Assembly: GCA_030599585.1 (NCBI GenBank) | Contig: JAUVNS010000011.1 | Span: 128,001-192,000 of the forward strand | Length of the DNA: 64,000 nt | Origin: Promethearchaeota archaeon | Lineage (GTDB): Archaea; Asgardarchaeota; Lokiarchaeia; Sigyniarchaeales; SOKP01 | Reading direction: 5' to 3' | Shown: piece by piece, positions 10,578 through 19,579 of the stretch | Numbering within the stretch: the first letter of the stretch is position 1 | Layout: the number at the start of each line of letters is the position of its first letter | Notes under the pieces: model-generated | What the model was told of the DNA's origin: nothing | Seen by the model: the letters and a program-made list of their open reading frames with translations, nothing else | The model's database searches: none | Made by a program: the position numbers and the translations under genes

Positions 10578-13079
10578 TTAAAATCTCGATTTAATAATCT
10601 CTGAGATAAGTTTGGGAAATTCATTCCAATCTTTAATTGTCAAAAGTTGTCCTCCTGCTATTTTAACCATTTTTTGTGCTTCTTTTAAATTATAGGATGA
10701 TTCTGGAGAAATCAGTACGAAATCTACATTTAAAGAACGAAATTTTCTTAATTCTTCGTTTGCTTGCTGAATATCGTAAATTTCAGCATCAGTAAATAGA
10801 ACATTTAATTTTTCGCGAGAACTAGAATGTTCTTTGAATTGTTTGTTTGCCCATTCTAAAGCACTCTGTAGTCGGGTACCTCCCTTAGCAGTAACAGAAA
10901 GTAAATCATCTGCTAATTTTTCCAAATCTATTTTTTCCGACAATTTCTTTAATACATGCGTATCTGATTCGAAAAAAGCAACGCCAATTTCGTCTTTTCT
11001 CATGCCATATACTAACATCGTCACACAAATAGCCATATATGCTAGTTTCTCCCCTGTCATAGAACCACTGATATCGAGTTCAAAACAAAACGAACGCAAT
11101 CCCTTCGCAGTCTCGTATACATAAAAATCGTCGTAATTGATGTGATCTAATTTCTTGCCTTTTTCTAAAAGGTTAAAAATTGTTTCTTCCAAATCTATAT
11201 TCTCAAAATCATCCCCAATTGAATATGGCCTTACTATATTGATCGGTATTGTCCCCGTTGTTGCGCTACCTAATCGTGCTCTGGAATAGTAGACACCTAA
11301 ATCAATTAACATTTTTTTTGCTAATTCTTTTACTTTCACTTTAACTTTTTCAGGTAAACTACTCCGATGAATAAACCATTGTTTAAGGAGGTTTTCGCCA
11401 CTTCCAGCAGATAAACAAGATATTACTTTATCCTGGCCTTCTTTACCAGCAATTTGTTGAGCTCCTTTTAATGCCTCACCCATGTTGTAATGGCCAATTG
11501 CAGCTAAAGCATCACGGTTATCGTTGGCTAATGCACTGCTTAGTAATTCTTTGATCCTATCTGTGTTTAGTTGATCTTGGAGTTGGTTAATCATATTACT
11601 AATCCTTTGAAAATCGGCAATTTTTTCTTCCACCATTTTTTTTAACAGTTGATAATTAGGCTCAACAAGTTCAGATATATCCACTTCTGACATGCCTAAT
11701 TCTTCTCCAATTCTTTTAATGTCATCAGTGTTAGGGTTTAAACCAATTTTCCTTAAGAATTCAGTTGCATTTTTTAATTGATCTGGGGTATCGCAAGCCT
11801 CTAATGTTTGAGAAATTAAATCGGGCAATTTTTGGGATATTTTCTGACTGCATTGAATATTTGGACAACTATTCATTAATTGCTGTATCTGATGTGAAAG
11901 CGATTTTAGAGCTTCGAAATTGATGTTCTGATTGTTTGCCTCCTTTATAGCATTTTCAAGAGCTTGGTTAAATAAATTATTCCATGATTTATTTGCTAAG
12001 GCATTTTTTGTAAGAGATTCTAATGATAGATTCATTTGAGAATTTAAAGATTGCTGATCGAGCTTATTAAGTAATTCTTCTCTTAAGTTGGTTCCAAAAT
12101 ACTGATCTAATGAGTCTGCGAGATTGAAATTGTGCTCAAAGGAAGACTGGTTTAAGGAGTTGTTTAAGATTTTATCTTGATCAAATTTAGGTGTTTCGCC
12201 TAATGTTTTCGCTGCGTTAAATAGCTGATCTAAATTATTAATCTGGTTTTGCAGTTGATTTTTAATTTGTTTTATCTGTTCCAGTATATCTTGATTATCT
12301 GATGTTTCCCCAATAAATTTTAATGATTTTAAAAGATCGTCAAGTTTATTCGCATTAATTAATTTCGTTAAATCTTCTATAATGCTTTGATCAGTGAGAG
12401 CCTTACTTGCGAGTTTTTCCCATTCTCGTAGGGATTCCTGCTGAATCAAATCGTTTAAACCTAAATTAGACCCCGCTTTTAAATCTTCCGGACTCAATGA
12501 GTTAATTTTTTGCTCCAACCTTTTTTGTGCTTCTTGTATCAACTCTTCTAAAGAAGAAATTTCTTCTTTATACAATTCTGAGTCATCATTGAAAAAATTT
12601 AAAGCAGATTTATAAGGCTCCTCTTCTCGATTAGCGTTTAATTCTTCTAAAAACTCCTCTAATTTTTGAATTTTATTCGTATCAAGCATTTTAGTCTTTT
12701 CGATTTCATCAATCATTTCTTGAAGCTTATCAAGTTCTGTTAATATATCAGATTCTTCTAGTTCTTCCCCAAATTCACCCTCTAAGTTATCATCTTCTTG
12801 AAAGAATGAATCCATCATATTCTTTTTATAATTAGGAAAGAGAATCTGAAAAGCTATATCTTTTGCTATTTCTTGATTATCTGGAAAAGAAGTCACTGCG
12901 CTTATTTCTATGTAATCGTTAGCAGTTACCACTCCTTTACGATAATATCTTGATAAGAGTAATTTGGGGATAGATAGAACTTGTCGAGAACTCGGAATCT
13001 GAACGATATCACGATGTCTTCTCATCTTACGAATGAAATCTACAGCAAATTCACAAGGATTTTCTGGAAAAACGCCCAT
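10578..13079 (-). CDS. vWA (MIDAS) domain protein, MoxR partner
   Basis: DISGSM, GGT, FTDAE MIDAS elements; IDLEETI pre-vWA motif; long helical N-terminal region. Confidence 0.85.
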   Translation of the reverse strand: MGVFPENPCEFAVDFIRKMRRHRDIVQIPSSRQVLSIPKLLLSRYYRKGVVTANDYIEISAVTSFPDNQEIAKDIAFQILFPNYKKNMMDSFFQEDDNLEGEFGEELEESDILTELDKLQEMIDEIEKTKMLDTNKIQKLEEFLEELNANREEEPYKSALNFFNDDSELYKEEISSLEELIQEAQKRLEQKINSLSPEDLKAGSNLGLNDLIQQESLREWEKLASKALTDQSIIEDLTKLINANKLDDLLKSLKFIGETSDNQDILEQIKQIKNQLQNQINNLDQLFNAAKTLGETPKFDQDKILNNSLNQSSFEHNFNLADSLDQYFGTNLREELLNKLDQQSLNSQMNLSLESLTKNALANKSWNNLFNQALENAIKEANNQNINFEALKSLSHQIQQLMNSCPNIQCSQKISQKLPDLISQTLEACDTPDQLKNATEFLRKIGLNPNTDDIKRIGEELGMSEVDISELVEPNYQLLKKMVEEKIADFQRISNMINQLQDQLNTDRIKELLSSALANDNRDALAAIGHYNMGEALKGAQQIAGKEGQDKVISCLSAGSGENLLKQWFIHRSSLPEKVKVKVKELAKKMLIDLGVYYSRARLGSATTGTIPINIVRPYSIGDDFENIDLEETIFNLLEKGKKLDHINYDDFYVYETAKGLRSFCFELDISGSMTGEKLAYMAICVTMLVYGMRKDEIGVAFFESDTHVLKKLSEKIDLEKLADDLLSVTAKGGTRLQSALEWANKQFKEHSSSREKLNVLFTDAEIYDIQQANEELRKFRSLNVDFVLISPESSYNLKEAQKMVKIAGGQLLTIKDWNEFPKLISEIIKSRF

Positions 13080-13096
13080 AAATTATCAGATACCTC

Positions 13097-14050
13097 CTAC
13101 GAACCTAAAGTTTTATGTATGATATTTTCAATTATATGTTCAACTTTTGTGCCCGGTTTTGGTTTGATTGAACCTAATAAAACATGTTGAGTAACTTCTG
13201 AAAGATATTCATATACTGACACCTTTTCTTTTAGCTCTCCTCTTTTTTCTAAAGAACGTCTACGGCCTAAAAGTTTAGCAATAGCAATACCTGCTCTAAT
13301 GGAGGCTGGTACCTCGATATCTATTTTATTTTTTCTTGTTTCATTTATTATGGAATAAATTAATTCTAATTCTGATTCTTCTATTTCGAAATGTTCTGGT
13401 AAATTTATTCTGATAATATCGAGCTCAGTCGCCTTATCTGGATATGTTAATTTGATCCACACCTTAATTCTATCCTTCAATGCCTCAGATAATCGATGAG
13501 TTCCAGATAATTCTTCAGGGTTCATCGCAGAAATAAAAAAGAAATCTTTATCGGCTTTTATTCTTCCGAGGTGAGGAATGCTGATAGACGCTTCTTCTAA
13601 TGGTTCTAATAACGTATTTTGGGAATATTCTGTAGCCCTATTAATCTCATTTGCTAAAAACGTCCCACCCTCTAACATTGCTCTCAAAAGTGGTCCAGGA
13701 TTGAATGCTTCTAGCACAAATCCTTTTTTTAGTGTAATTGCAGGGTCGAAACTTCCAATGAAATGGCTTGGCTTAATTGATTCGTCAAGCGTTAACCAAT
13801 TGAAATTCTTGTTTTTATTTTCTTTTGCTCTTAATTTCGCAAAATAGCGACACAGAATAGTTTTTCCAACTCCAGGAGGACCTACAAGAGCGGGAAATAA
13901 TCCCGTTGCCTCTGCATCCCTAAGTAATTCTAATGCTTTTCCATATTGCCCTGATAAGACAATATCTATTTGTTCCTCAGAAATATTCTTGATAAGGCGT
14001 TCTTTGAATAATTCCTCAAATCTTTGTTTATCAATCATCGTAAAAATCAA
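13097..14050 (-). CDS. MoxR-family AAA+ ATPase
   Basis: Walker A GPPGVGKT, LANEINRA, QNTLLEPLEE, AMNP, LSEALKDR, SIRAG. Confidence 0.9.
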   Translation of the reverse strand: MIFTMIDKQRFEELFKERLIKNISEEQIDIVLSGQYGKALELLRDAEATGLFPALVGPPGVGKTILCRYFAKLRAKENKNKNFNWLTLDESIKPSHFIGSFDPAITLKKGFVLEAFNPGPLLRAMLEGGTFLANEINRATEYSQNTLLEPLEEASISIPHLGRIKADKDFFFISAMNPEELSGTHRLSEALKDRIKVWIKLTYPDKATELDIIRINLPEHFEIEESELELIYSIINETRKNKIDIEVPASIRAGIAIAKLLGRRRSLEKRGELKEKVSVYEYLSEVTQHVLLGSIKPKPGTKVEHIIENIIHKTLGS

Positions 14051-14128
14051 CTAGTATAGTTTATGTGTATAGTAATTGTTAATTTTTAATCTATATTTTT
14101 ATATAGTATAAACAGTACAAAAAATATT

Positions 14129-14971
14129 TTGATCCTTGTTAGAAATTTGACGCAAAAAACTCGACCACACCCTTTTTTAAAGTGGGCAGGCGGTAAACGG
14201 CAATTACTACCACAAATGGATGAGCATTTCCCTAAACGCTATAATAGATACATTGAGCCCTTTATTGGTGGCGGAGCTGTTTTTTTCCATTTGCTTCCTG
14301 AACATTCAATTGTATCAGATAATAATCCCGATTTAATAAATTGCTACAAGGTCGTAAAAGAAGATGTAGAGGGTTTAATAAAATCTCTAAAGAAACATAA
14401 ATACGAAAAGAATTACTATTATGAGATTCGAGCTCTCGACCGGGATTTTAAAAAATTTACTGAACTATCAGATGTTGAGAAAGCTTCACGATCCATTTAT
14501 TTAAATAAAACCGGATACAACGGATTATATCGCGTTAACAGTAAAGGCCTCTTTAACGTTCCTTTTGGAAGGCATAAAAATCCAAAAATATGTGATGAGA
14601 TAAATTTAAGAAATGTTAGTCAAGTTTTAAAGAAGGTTGAAATATCTCTGGGTTCTTTCGAAATCTGCTTAGATTTTGCAGAAAAAGATGATTTTATATA
14701 CTTTGACCCACCTTATTTTCCACTTTCTGACACTGCTTTATTTACAAGTTATACTAAAAATAGTTTTGACAAATCTTCGCAAATAAAATTATTTGAAGTG
14801 TTTAAGGAACTTAATAGAAGAGGGTGTAATCTGATGTTGAGTAATTCCTATTCCGAATTCATATTAGATTTGTATAAAGATTTTAAAATTATTACATTGA
14901 AAGCTAAAAGAAATATAAATAGCAATTCGCAGAAAAGGGGATTAATTAACGAAGTTTTGATTCTGAATTAA
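14129..14971 (+). CDS. dam: Dam-like DNA adenine-N6 methyltransferase (D12 class)
   Basis: LKWAGGK, YIEPFIGGG, YNGLYRVN..G.FNVPFG, DPPY, SNS. Confidence 0.9.
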   Translation: MILVRNLTQKTRPHPFLKWAGGKRQLLPQMDEHFPKRYNRYIEPFIGGGAVFFHLLPEHSIVSDNNPDLINCYKVVKEDVEGLIKSLKKHKYEKNYYYEIRALDRDFKKFTELSDVEKASRSIYLNKTGYNGLYRVNSKGLFNVPFGRHKNPKICDEINLRNVSQVLKKVEISLGSFEICLDFAEKDDFIYFDPPYFPLSDTALFTSYTKNSFDKSSQIKLFEVFKELNRRGCNLMLSNSYSEFILDLYKDFKIITLKAKRNINSNSQKRGLINEVLILN

Positions 14972-15080
14972 GATATGTAATGTTCAATTATAACAACTTT
15001 TATTTAGTTTTATAATTATATTAAAATTTAATACAAAGTGTTTATTCGACACTAATAATTACGAATTATGTTGATTTTTT

Positions 15081-17459
15081 ATGCAAGTAGAGCAAATTTC
15101 TCCATCTGATTATAAGGATCGCATTTTAAGAATGAAAAAAGATGTTGTTTCCCAACCACATGAACTCTGTATAGAAAGAGCTAAACTTTTCACTGAGTCG
15201 TATAAAGCTACAAAGAATGAACCCCAAAATATTAGGTTTGCAAAAGCTATGTATCATTTATTGACGAATATGGCAATAAAAATACGGGAAGATGAATTCG
15301 TTGTTGGGAATCGATGTACTAAATTTGTTGGAACACCCTTATATCCTGAAGTACGCGTTGATACAATTGAACAAGACATTAACCTCTATAACAATCGAGA
15401 AACTCAACGGCTATTACTTTCAGATGACGATAAACAAATCATAATCGAAGAAATTATACCATATTGGAAAAACGAAGAAGAGACTACGAAATCCAGATTT
15501 GACTCTTACTTAAATCCCGAATTAACTGATCTCATGCTAAATTTACTTTATGTCGTGGATACAAATATAACTAACGGGACGGGACATTTCTTCCCAGGAC
15601 ATCATAACGTTTTAAAAGCGGGATTTAACGGCTTAATTCAAAAAGTAAGAGAGAAGATGAAAGAATTTTCAGAAGATCAAAAGAAAATGGACTTTTTGGA
15701 GTCAGTTATTATCGTTTTAGATGGTTCTAAAGAGTTTATTCAAAGATTCTCAATATTGGCAACTGAATTAGCAGAAAAAGAAGACAATCGTAATAGAAAA
15801 CAAGAGCTTTATGAAATTGCTGAAATTTGTTCTAATATCTCTGGTAACCCACCATCCTCATTTAAAGAAGCCTTTCAATTATTGTATTTCACTCACGTAA
15901 TCGCTGGTCTCGAAGATGGAGGTTTTGCTATTAGTATAGGACGCATTGATCAAGTTCTCTATCCTTTTTATTTTGAGGATAAAAAAAAAGGGGTTATAAC
16001 AGATGAAGTAGTACAATTTTTAATTGAATGTTTTTACTTGAAGCTTACAACGCTATGGAATTATGTCCTCCATAAAGGAATTATAGTTGCAGAAGGACCA
16101 CCCCTTACTGCAAATTTGACCATAGGAGGCGTTGATAAAAATGGAAATGACGCTACAAATCAATTGTCTTATCTATTTTTAGATTCGTACAAAAAGTTAA
16201 AAACGGTTCAACCTACTTTTTCTGTTCGCGTTCATGATAAATCTCCGGACGATTTACTTGTAAAAACAGGAGAAGCTATTAAATCAGGTGCTAGTATTGC
16301 GTTGTTCAACGATGTTGTCATGATTCCAGGTCTTAATAAGCTTGGCTATACTATAGAAGATGCGCGTGGATACGCACCAATAGGGTGTGTAGAACCTACA
16401 CATACTTATAAGTCATTTGGATGTACAAACGCCACTCAATTAAATATTGTGAAGTGCTTAGAATTAACCTTGAACAATGGGACAGATATGTTTACAAGAA
16501 GGGCATACGGCATTGAAAACACAAAAAAGCTCTCATCATATCAAGATTTATGGGACGAGTTTTCGAACCAACTTAGTTTTTTTGTTAAAAATTTGGTAAA
16601 AACAATGTCTTTCCTTGAAAAAACTATTGCTGAGCTCAATCCACAACCCTTTTTATCCGCAACTATAGACGATTGCATTGAACGGGGGTGTGATATCACA
16701 AGTGGAGGCGCTAAATATGATTTTACTACGACTCAACTAATTGGTTTTTCTACGGTTGCCGATTCTCTTGCTGTAATTAAAAAACTAGTCTACGAGGAAA
16801 AATTATTATCTTTAGAAGATTTAATCAAGATACTATCAAAGAATTACCGGGGTACCTATAATGGGAAAAAGGGAGAAGAAATAAGACAAATCTTTATTAA
16901 TAAAGTCGCTAAATTTGGAAACGATAACGATTTTGTCGACATCATAGCTCGTGACGTAGCAGAATTGTTCTGTAAGGAAATTCTTAAACATAAAAATTAT
17001 AGAGGTGGAAAATATCATCCAGGAATTTATTCTACAACTTTTCACATGGCATTTGGAGTTTTTACAGCAGCCTCTGCTGATGGAAGGAAGGCAAGAGATT
17101 ATCTTTCAAATGGAGTTGGTCCAACCAACGGAAGGGATAAAAACGGTCCAACAGCGATACTTAATTCAATTATGAAGCTGGATAATGAATTAATAACGAA
17201 TGGAAACTCAGTAATATTAGCTTTTCATCCAAACACACTAAAGATAGAATTGTTCCTTCCACTCATTAGAGCCTATTTTGAAGAAAAGGGAGGCTATCAC
17301 ATTCAATTTAATGTAGTTGGAAAAGAAATTCTATGCGATGCTCAAATAAATCCAAAAGAATATCAAGGCTTAGTTGTACGGATCGCTGGTTATGCCGTAT
17401 TGTTTACAGAATTATCTAAATCCGCACAAGACGAGATTATTGGTCGAACGGAGTTTTAA
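15081..17459 (+). CDS. Glycyl radical enzyme (PFL2/dehydratase-lyase type)
   Basis: SIGRIDQ, GCVEP active-site loop, C-terminal VRIAGY glycyl motif; single Cys rather than the CC of true PFL. Confidence 0.9.
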   Translation: MQVEQISPSDYKDRILRMKKDVVSQPHELCIERAKLFTESYKATKNEPQNIRFAKAMYHLLTNMAIKIREDEFVVGNRCTKFVGTPLYPEVRVDTIEQDINLYNNRETQRLLLSDDDKQIIIEEIIPYWKNEEETTKSRFDSYLNPELTDLMLNLLYVVDTNITNGTGHFFPGHHNVLKAGFNGLIQKVREKMKEFSEDQKKMDFLESVIIVLDGSKEFIQRFSILATELAEKEDNRNRKQELYEIAEICSNISGNPPSSFKEAFQLLYFTHVIAGLEDGGFAISIGRIDQVLYPFYFEDKKKGVITDEVVQFLIECFYLKLTTLWNYVLHKGIIVAEGPPLTANLTIGGVDKNGNDATNQLSYLFLDSYKKLKTVQPTFSVRVHDKSPDDLLVKTGEAIKSGASIALFNDVVMIPGLNKLGYTIEDARGYAPIGCVEPTHTYKSFGCTNATQLNIVKCLELTLNNGTDMFTRRAYGIENTKKLSSYQDLWDEFSNQLSFFVKNLVKTMSFLEKTIAELNPQPFLSATIDDCIERGCDITSGGAKYDFTTTQLIGFSTVADSLAVIKKLVYEEKLLSLEDLIKILSKNYRGTYNGKKGEEIRQIFINKVAKFGNDNDFVDIIARDVAELFCKEILKHKNYRGGKYHPGIYSTTFHMAFGVFTAASADGRKARDYLSNGVGPTNGRDKNGPTAILNSIMKLDNELITNGNSVILAFHPNTLKIELFLPLIRAYFEEKGGYHIQFNVVGKEILCDAQINPKEYQGLVVRIAGYAVLFTELSKSAQDEIIGRTEF

Positions 17460-17553
17460 TTGCATTCAAATGTATTTCATATATTTCTCGATTCAAAATC
17501 ACAAAAATTTTTAGTCTATAATTATTTTTTATTGTATTAAGAATTATAAATAA

Positions 17554-17625
17554 GGGCCTGTAGATCAGTCGCAGATCGCTTGGTTCGCAATCAAGAGGTC
17601 ACGGGTTCAATTCCCGTCAGGTCCA
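17554..17625 (+). tRNA. tRNA-Ala(CGC)
   Basis: Cloverleaf: acceptor GGGCCTG/CAGGTCC with G3:U70, anticodon CGC at 17586-17588, T arm ACGGG-TTCAATT-CCCGT. Confidence 0.92.
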
Positions 17626-17646
17626 CTATTACTTTGAAAAAAAAAA

Positions 17647-18519
17647 TTAAATTGTATCTTCTCCTACTCCTAATTGTGAAATCATCATCCTCTTGAGCTC
17701 TTCTTTGTTTTTAGGTAATCCAAACATATCCGCATATTTATCGGTTGTATTTAATTCTGCTGACCTTCCTTTTTTTACCGCCGTTATTAGATCGTTGTCC
17801 AAGAGGTATTTCACATGCTCGTAAGCGCCACTCCCTCTTAATTTAATAACGGTTGATTTTAAAATTGGCTGTTTCAGAGCAATTACTGTAAGTGTTCTTA
17901 AATAGCGCTCAGCAATAGCACCACCTTTAGCGAATTTGGAAACTGTTTCTGTAAGTTCCGGTCTTAGCTGCATTTGATATTTTTCTCCAATTTGGGCTAC
18001 AATCAATGCACCTTCACGGTCCAAATAGTCAAAAGCAACTACATTTACAAGTTCTTCGACTTCTTTTTTTGGGATTTCTAATTTAGTTGATAATTCTTCT
18101 ACATCCAGAGGTCTACCAGCCGCGTAAAGAGCACCCTCTATTAAATTTCTCCGTAGAATTTTTAATTGTAATTCTAATTCTTCCTTCGTGAGTTCTTTAG
18201 GTATATGGGATTCAACTATATCCGCTCCTATAACTTCGGTCTCTCGTTTGCTTAAGCTTTCTTCTGACGGGTCAAGACTTGATAAATTTTCTTCCTCAAT
18301 ACTTAATTCTTCTTCAATAAACTCTTGGCTATCTTCTTCATCAGAATCTTGTTTAAGATAATCTTCGATGGTTTCTTTGGTCTCTAATTCGATCTCAATA
18401 TCCTCTAAATTCCTTTCTTCTTGAGTAATTTCTTCGGCATCGGTCTCATCTAAAGGTTCTTCTTCATTCGTTTCGTCTTTGAATTGATTTTCCTGTTCTT
18501 TTTCATTATTTTCGTTCAG
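17647..18519 (-). CDS. scpB: SMC-associated kite protein ScpB with acidic N-terminal extension
   Basis: Frame is open from TAG 18523-25 to the stop. NLIEGALYAAGRPL, LRTLTVIALKQPI, LRG, TTDKYADMFGL. CTG start 6 nt after GGTGA. The ORF track (18024) truncates the first domain. Confidence 0.88.
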   Translation of the reverse strand: MNENNEKEQENQFKDETNEEEPLDETDAEEITQEERNLEDIEIELETKETIEDYLKQDSDEEDSQEFIEEELSIEEENLSSLDPSEESLSKRETEVIGADIVESHIPKELTKEELELQLKILRRNLIEGALYAAGRPLDVEELSTKLEIPKKEVEELVNVVAFDYLDREGALIVAQIGEKYQMQLRPELTETVSKFAKGGAIAERYLRTLTVIALKQPILKSTVIKLRGSGAYEHVKYLLDNDLITAVKKGRSAELNTTDKYADMFGLPKNKEELKRMMISQLGVGEDTI

Positions 18520-18548
18520 ATTCTATCACCAAAAATTTGGATTGTAAT

Positions 18549-19556
18549 TTAACTTTTTAAATTTATTGAGAAATCTTTAAAATCTTCGTCTTGAAATAGT
18601 TCTAACTTATTCCCTGTTGAGAGGAACATTAAAGCCAAAAACATGCGAACAAAAGCGAACTTCTTACCAATGTCGCTTTTTTCTTCTATGTTAATAATTT
18701 CTGCCATGTCATAAAAGGAGGTTTCTTTATCATCGAGGTTTATTTTAGTTTTTATTCTGTTAAACCAAGCGTTGTGTAACTCTTCCACAGTTTGCTCCTT
18801 CCCGCTAATGTGTTTCAAAAGTTCTTTTGGTAGTTGTGCTTTAGATTTTTTTTGAATTCGCTGTTCCTTTAATTCATCCCGCCTCATCCTTCGCCTTTTT
18901 AGTTTTTCTTTCTTCTGCATAGTCTCAATAATAGCAGATCTCATAGCGTCAAATAATTCGTCTTTAGTGGAGATTAACATTTTAGGCTGAATAGGTTGTG
19001 GTAAAGATTTGGGTATTGATCTACCGTGCCTTGCTCTAAATTGCGCCAATTCCTCCTTTTTTTGAATTTGTTCTTCGTCCCGTATTATGCTAGAGATTTT
19101 GTAATGATGTAATACTGCTGAAGTTTTAAGCGCGATTCCTGAAATTTTATAATTAATTAAATCTTCATGAAGCATGTTATTGAAGAATTTGTCAACTAAT
19201 GCTGCCAGATCGTAAAATGCAACATTTGATTCCTTAGCAACTTCGGGGTCTAGAAGGCTTGAAAAAGGTGGTTTATGCCAGAACTTTAACTCTAACTTTT
19301 CTTTATACAATAAAGCGGGGTCTTCTTCCTCGCCGGCGACTAACTCTTCTTCCAACACTTCTACATCCACGTTATCTTGAGTTCGATCTACAAATTCTGG
19401 ATGTGAAGCGATCTTTTCTATGAATTTAATAATTTCATTCTTTTTTGATTTAGACGGTATTTTTATGTTGTTTTTACTTGCAAATTCCCTTAATTTCTTT
19501 ACAGACCATTCACTGAAGTTGTATTTTATCTCTTCACTTTCATTTTCTGGAACGAT
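18549..19556 (-). CDS. scpA: Kleisin ScpA with N-terminal HeH/SAP-like domain
   Basis: YDLAALVDKF...ISGIALKTSAVL and C-terminal FLALMFL...LELFQDEDFKD kleisin motifs; located between smc and scpB. Frame is open upstream of the track GTG (19370); exact start (ATC 19556 or GTT 19553 after AGGTG) is uncertain. Confidence 0.82.
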   Translation of the reverse strand: MVPENESEEIKYNFSEWSVKKLREFASKNNIKIPSKSKKNEIIKFIEKIASHPEFVDRTQDNVDVEVLEEELVAGEEEDPALLYKEKLELKFWHKPPFSSLLDPEVAKESNVAFYDLAALVDKFFNNMLHEDLINYKISGIALKTSAVLHHYKISSIIRDEEQIQKKEELAQFRARHGRSIPKSLPQPIQPKMLISTKDELFDAMRSAIIETMQKKEKLKRRRMRRDELKEQRIQKKSKAQLPKELLKHISGKEQTVEELHNAWFNRIKTKINLDDKETSFYDMAEIINIEEKSDIGKKFAFVRMFLALMFLSTGNKLELFQDEDFKDFSINLKS

Positions 19557-19579
19557 TATACACCTGAAGCTTATAATTT

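Noticed and set aside
15081-17459. Pyruvate formate-lyase (pflB) call
   Set aside because: Lacks the adjacent Cys-Cys pair; has CVE instead.
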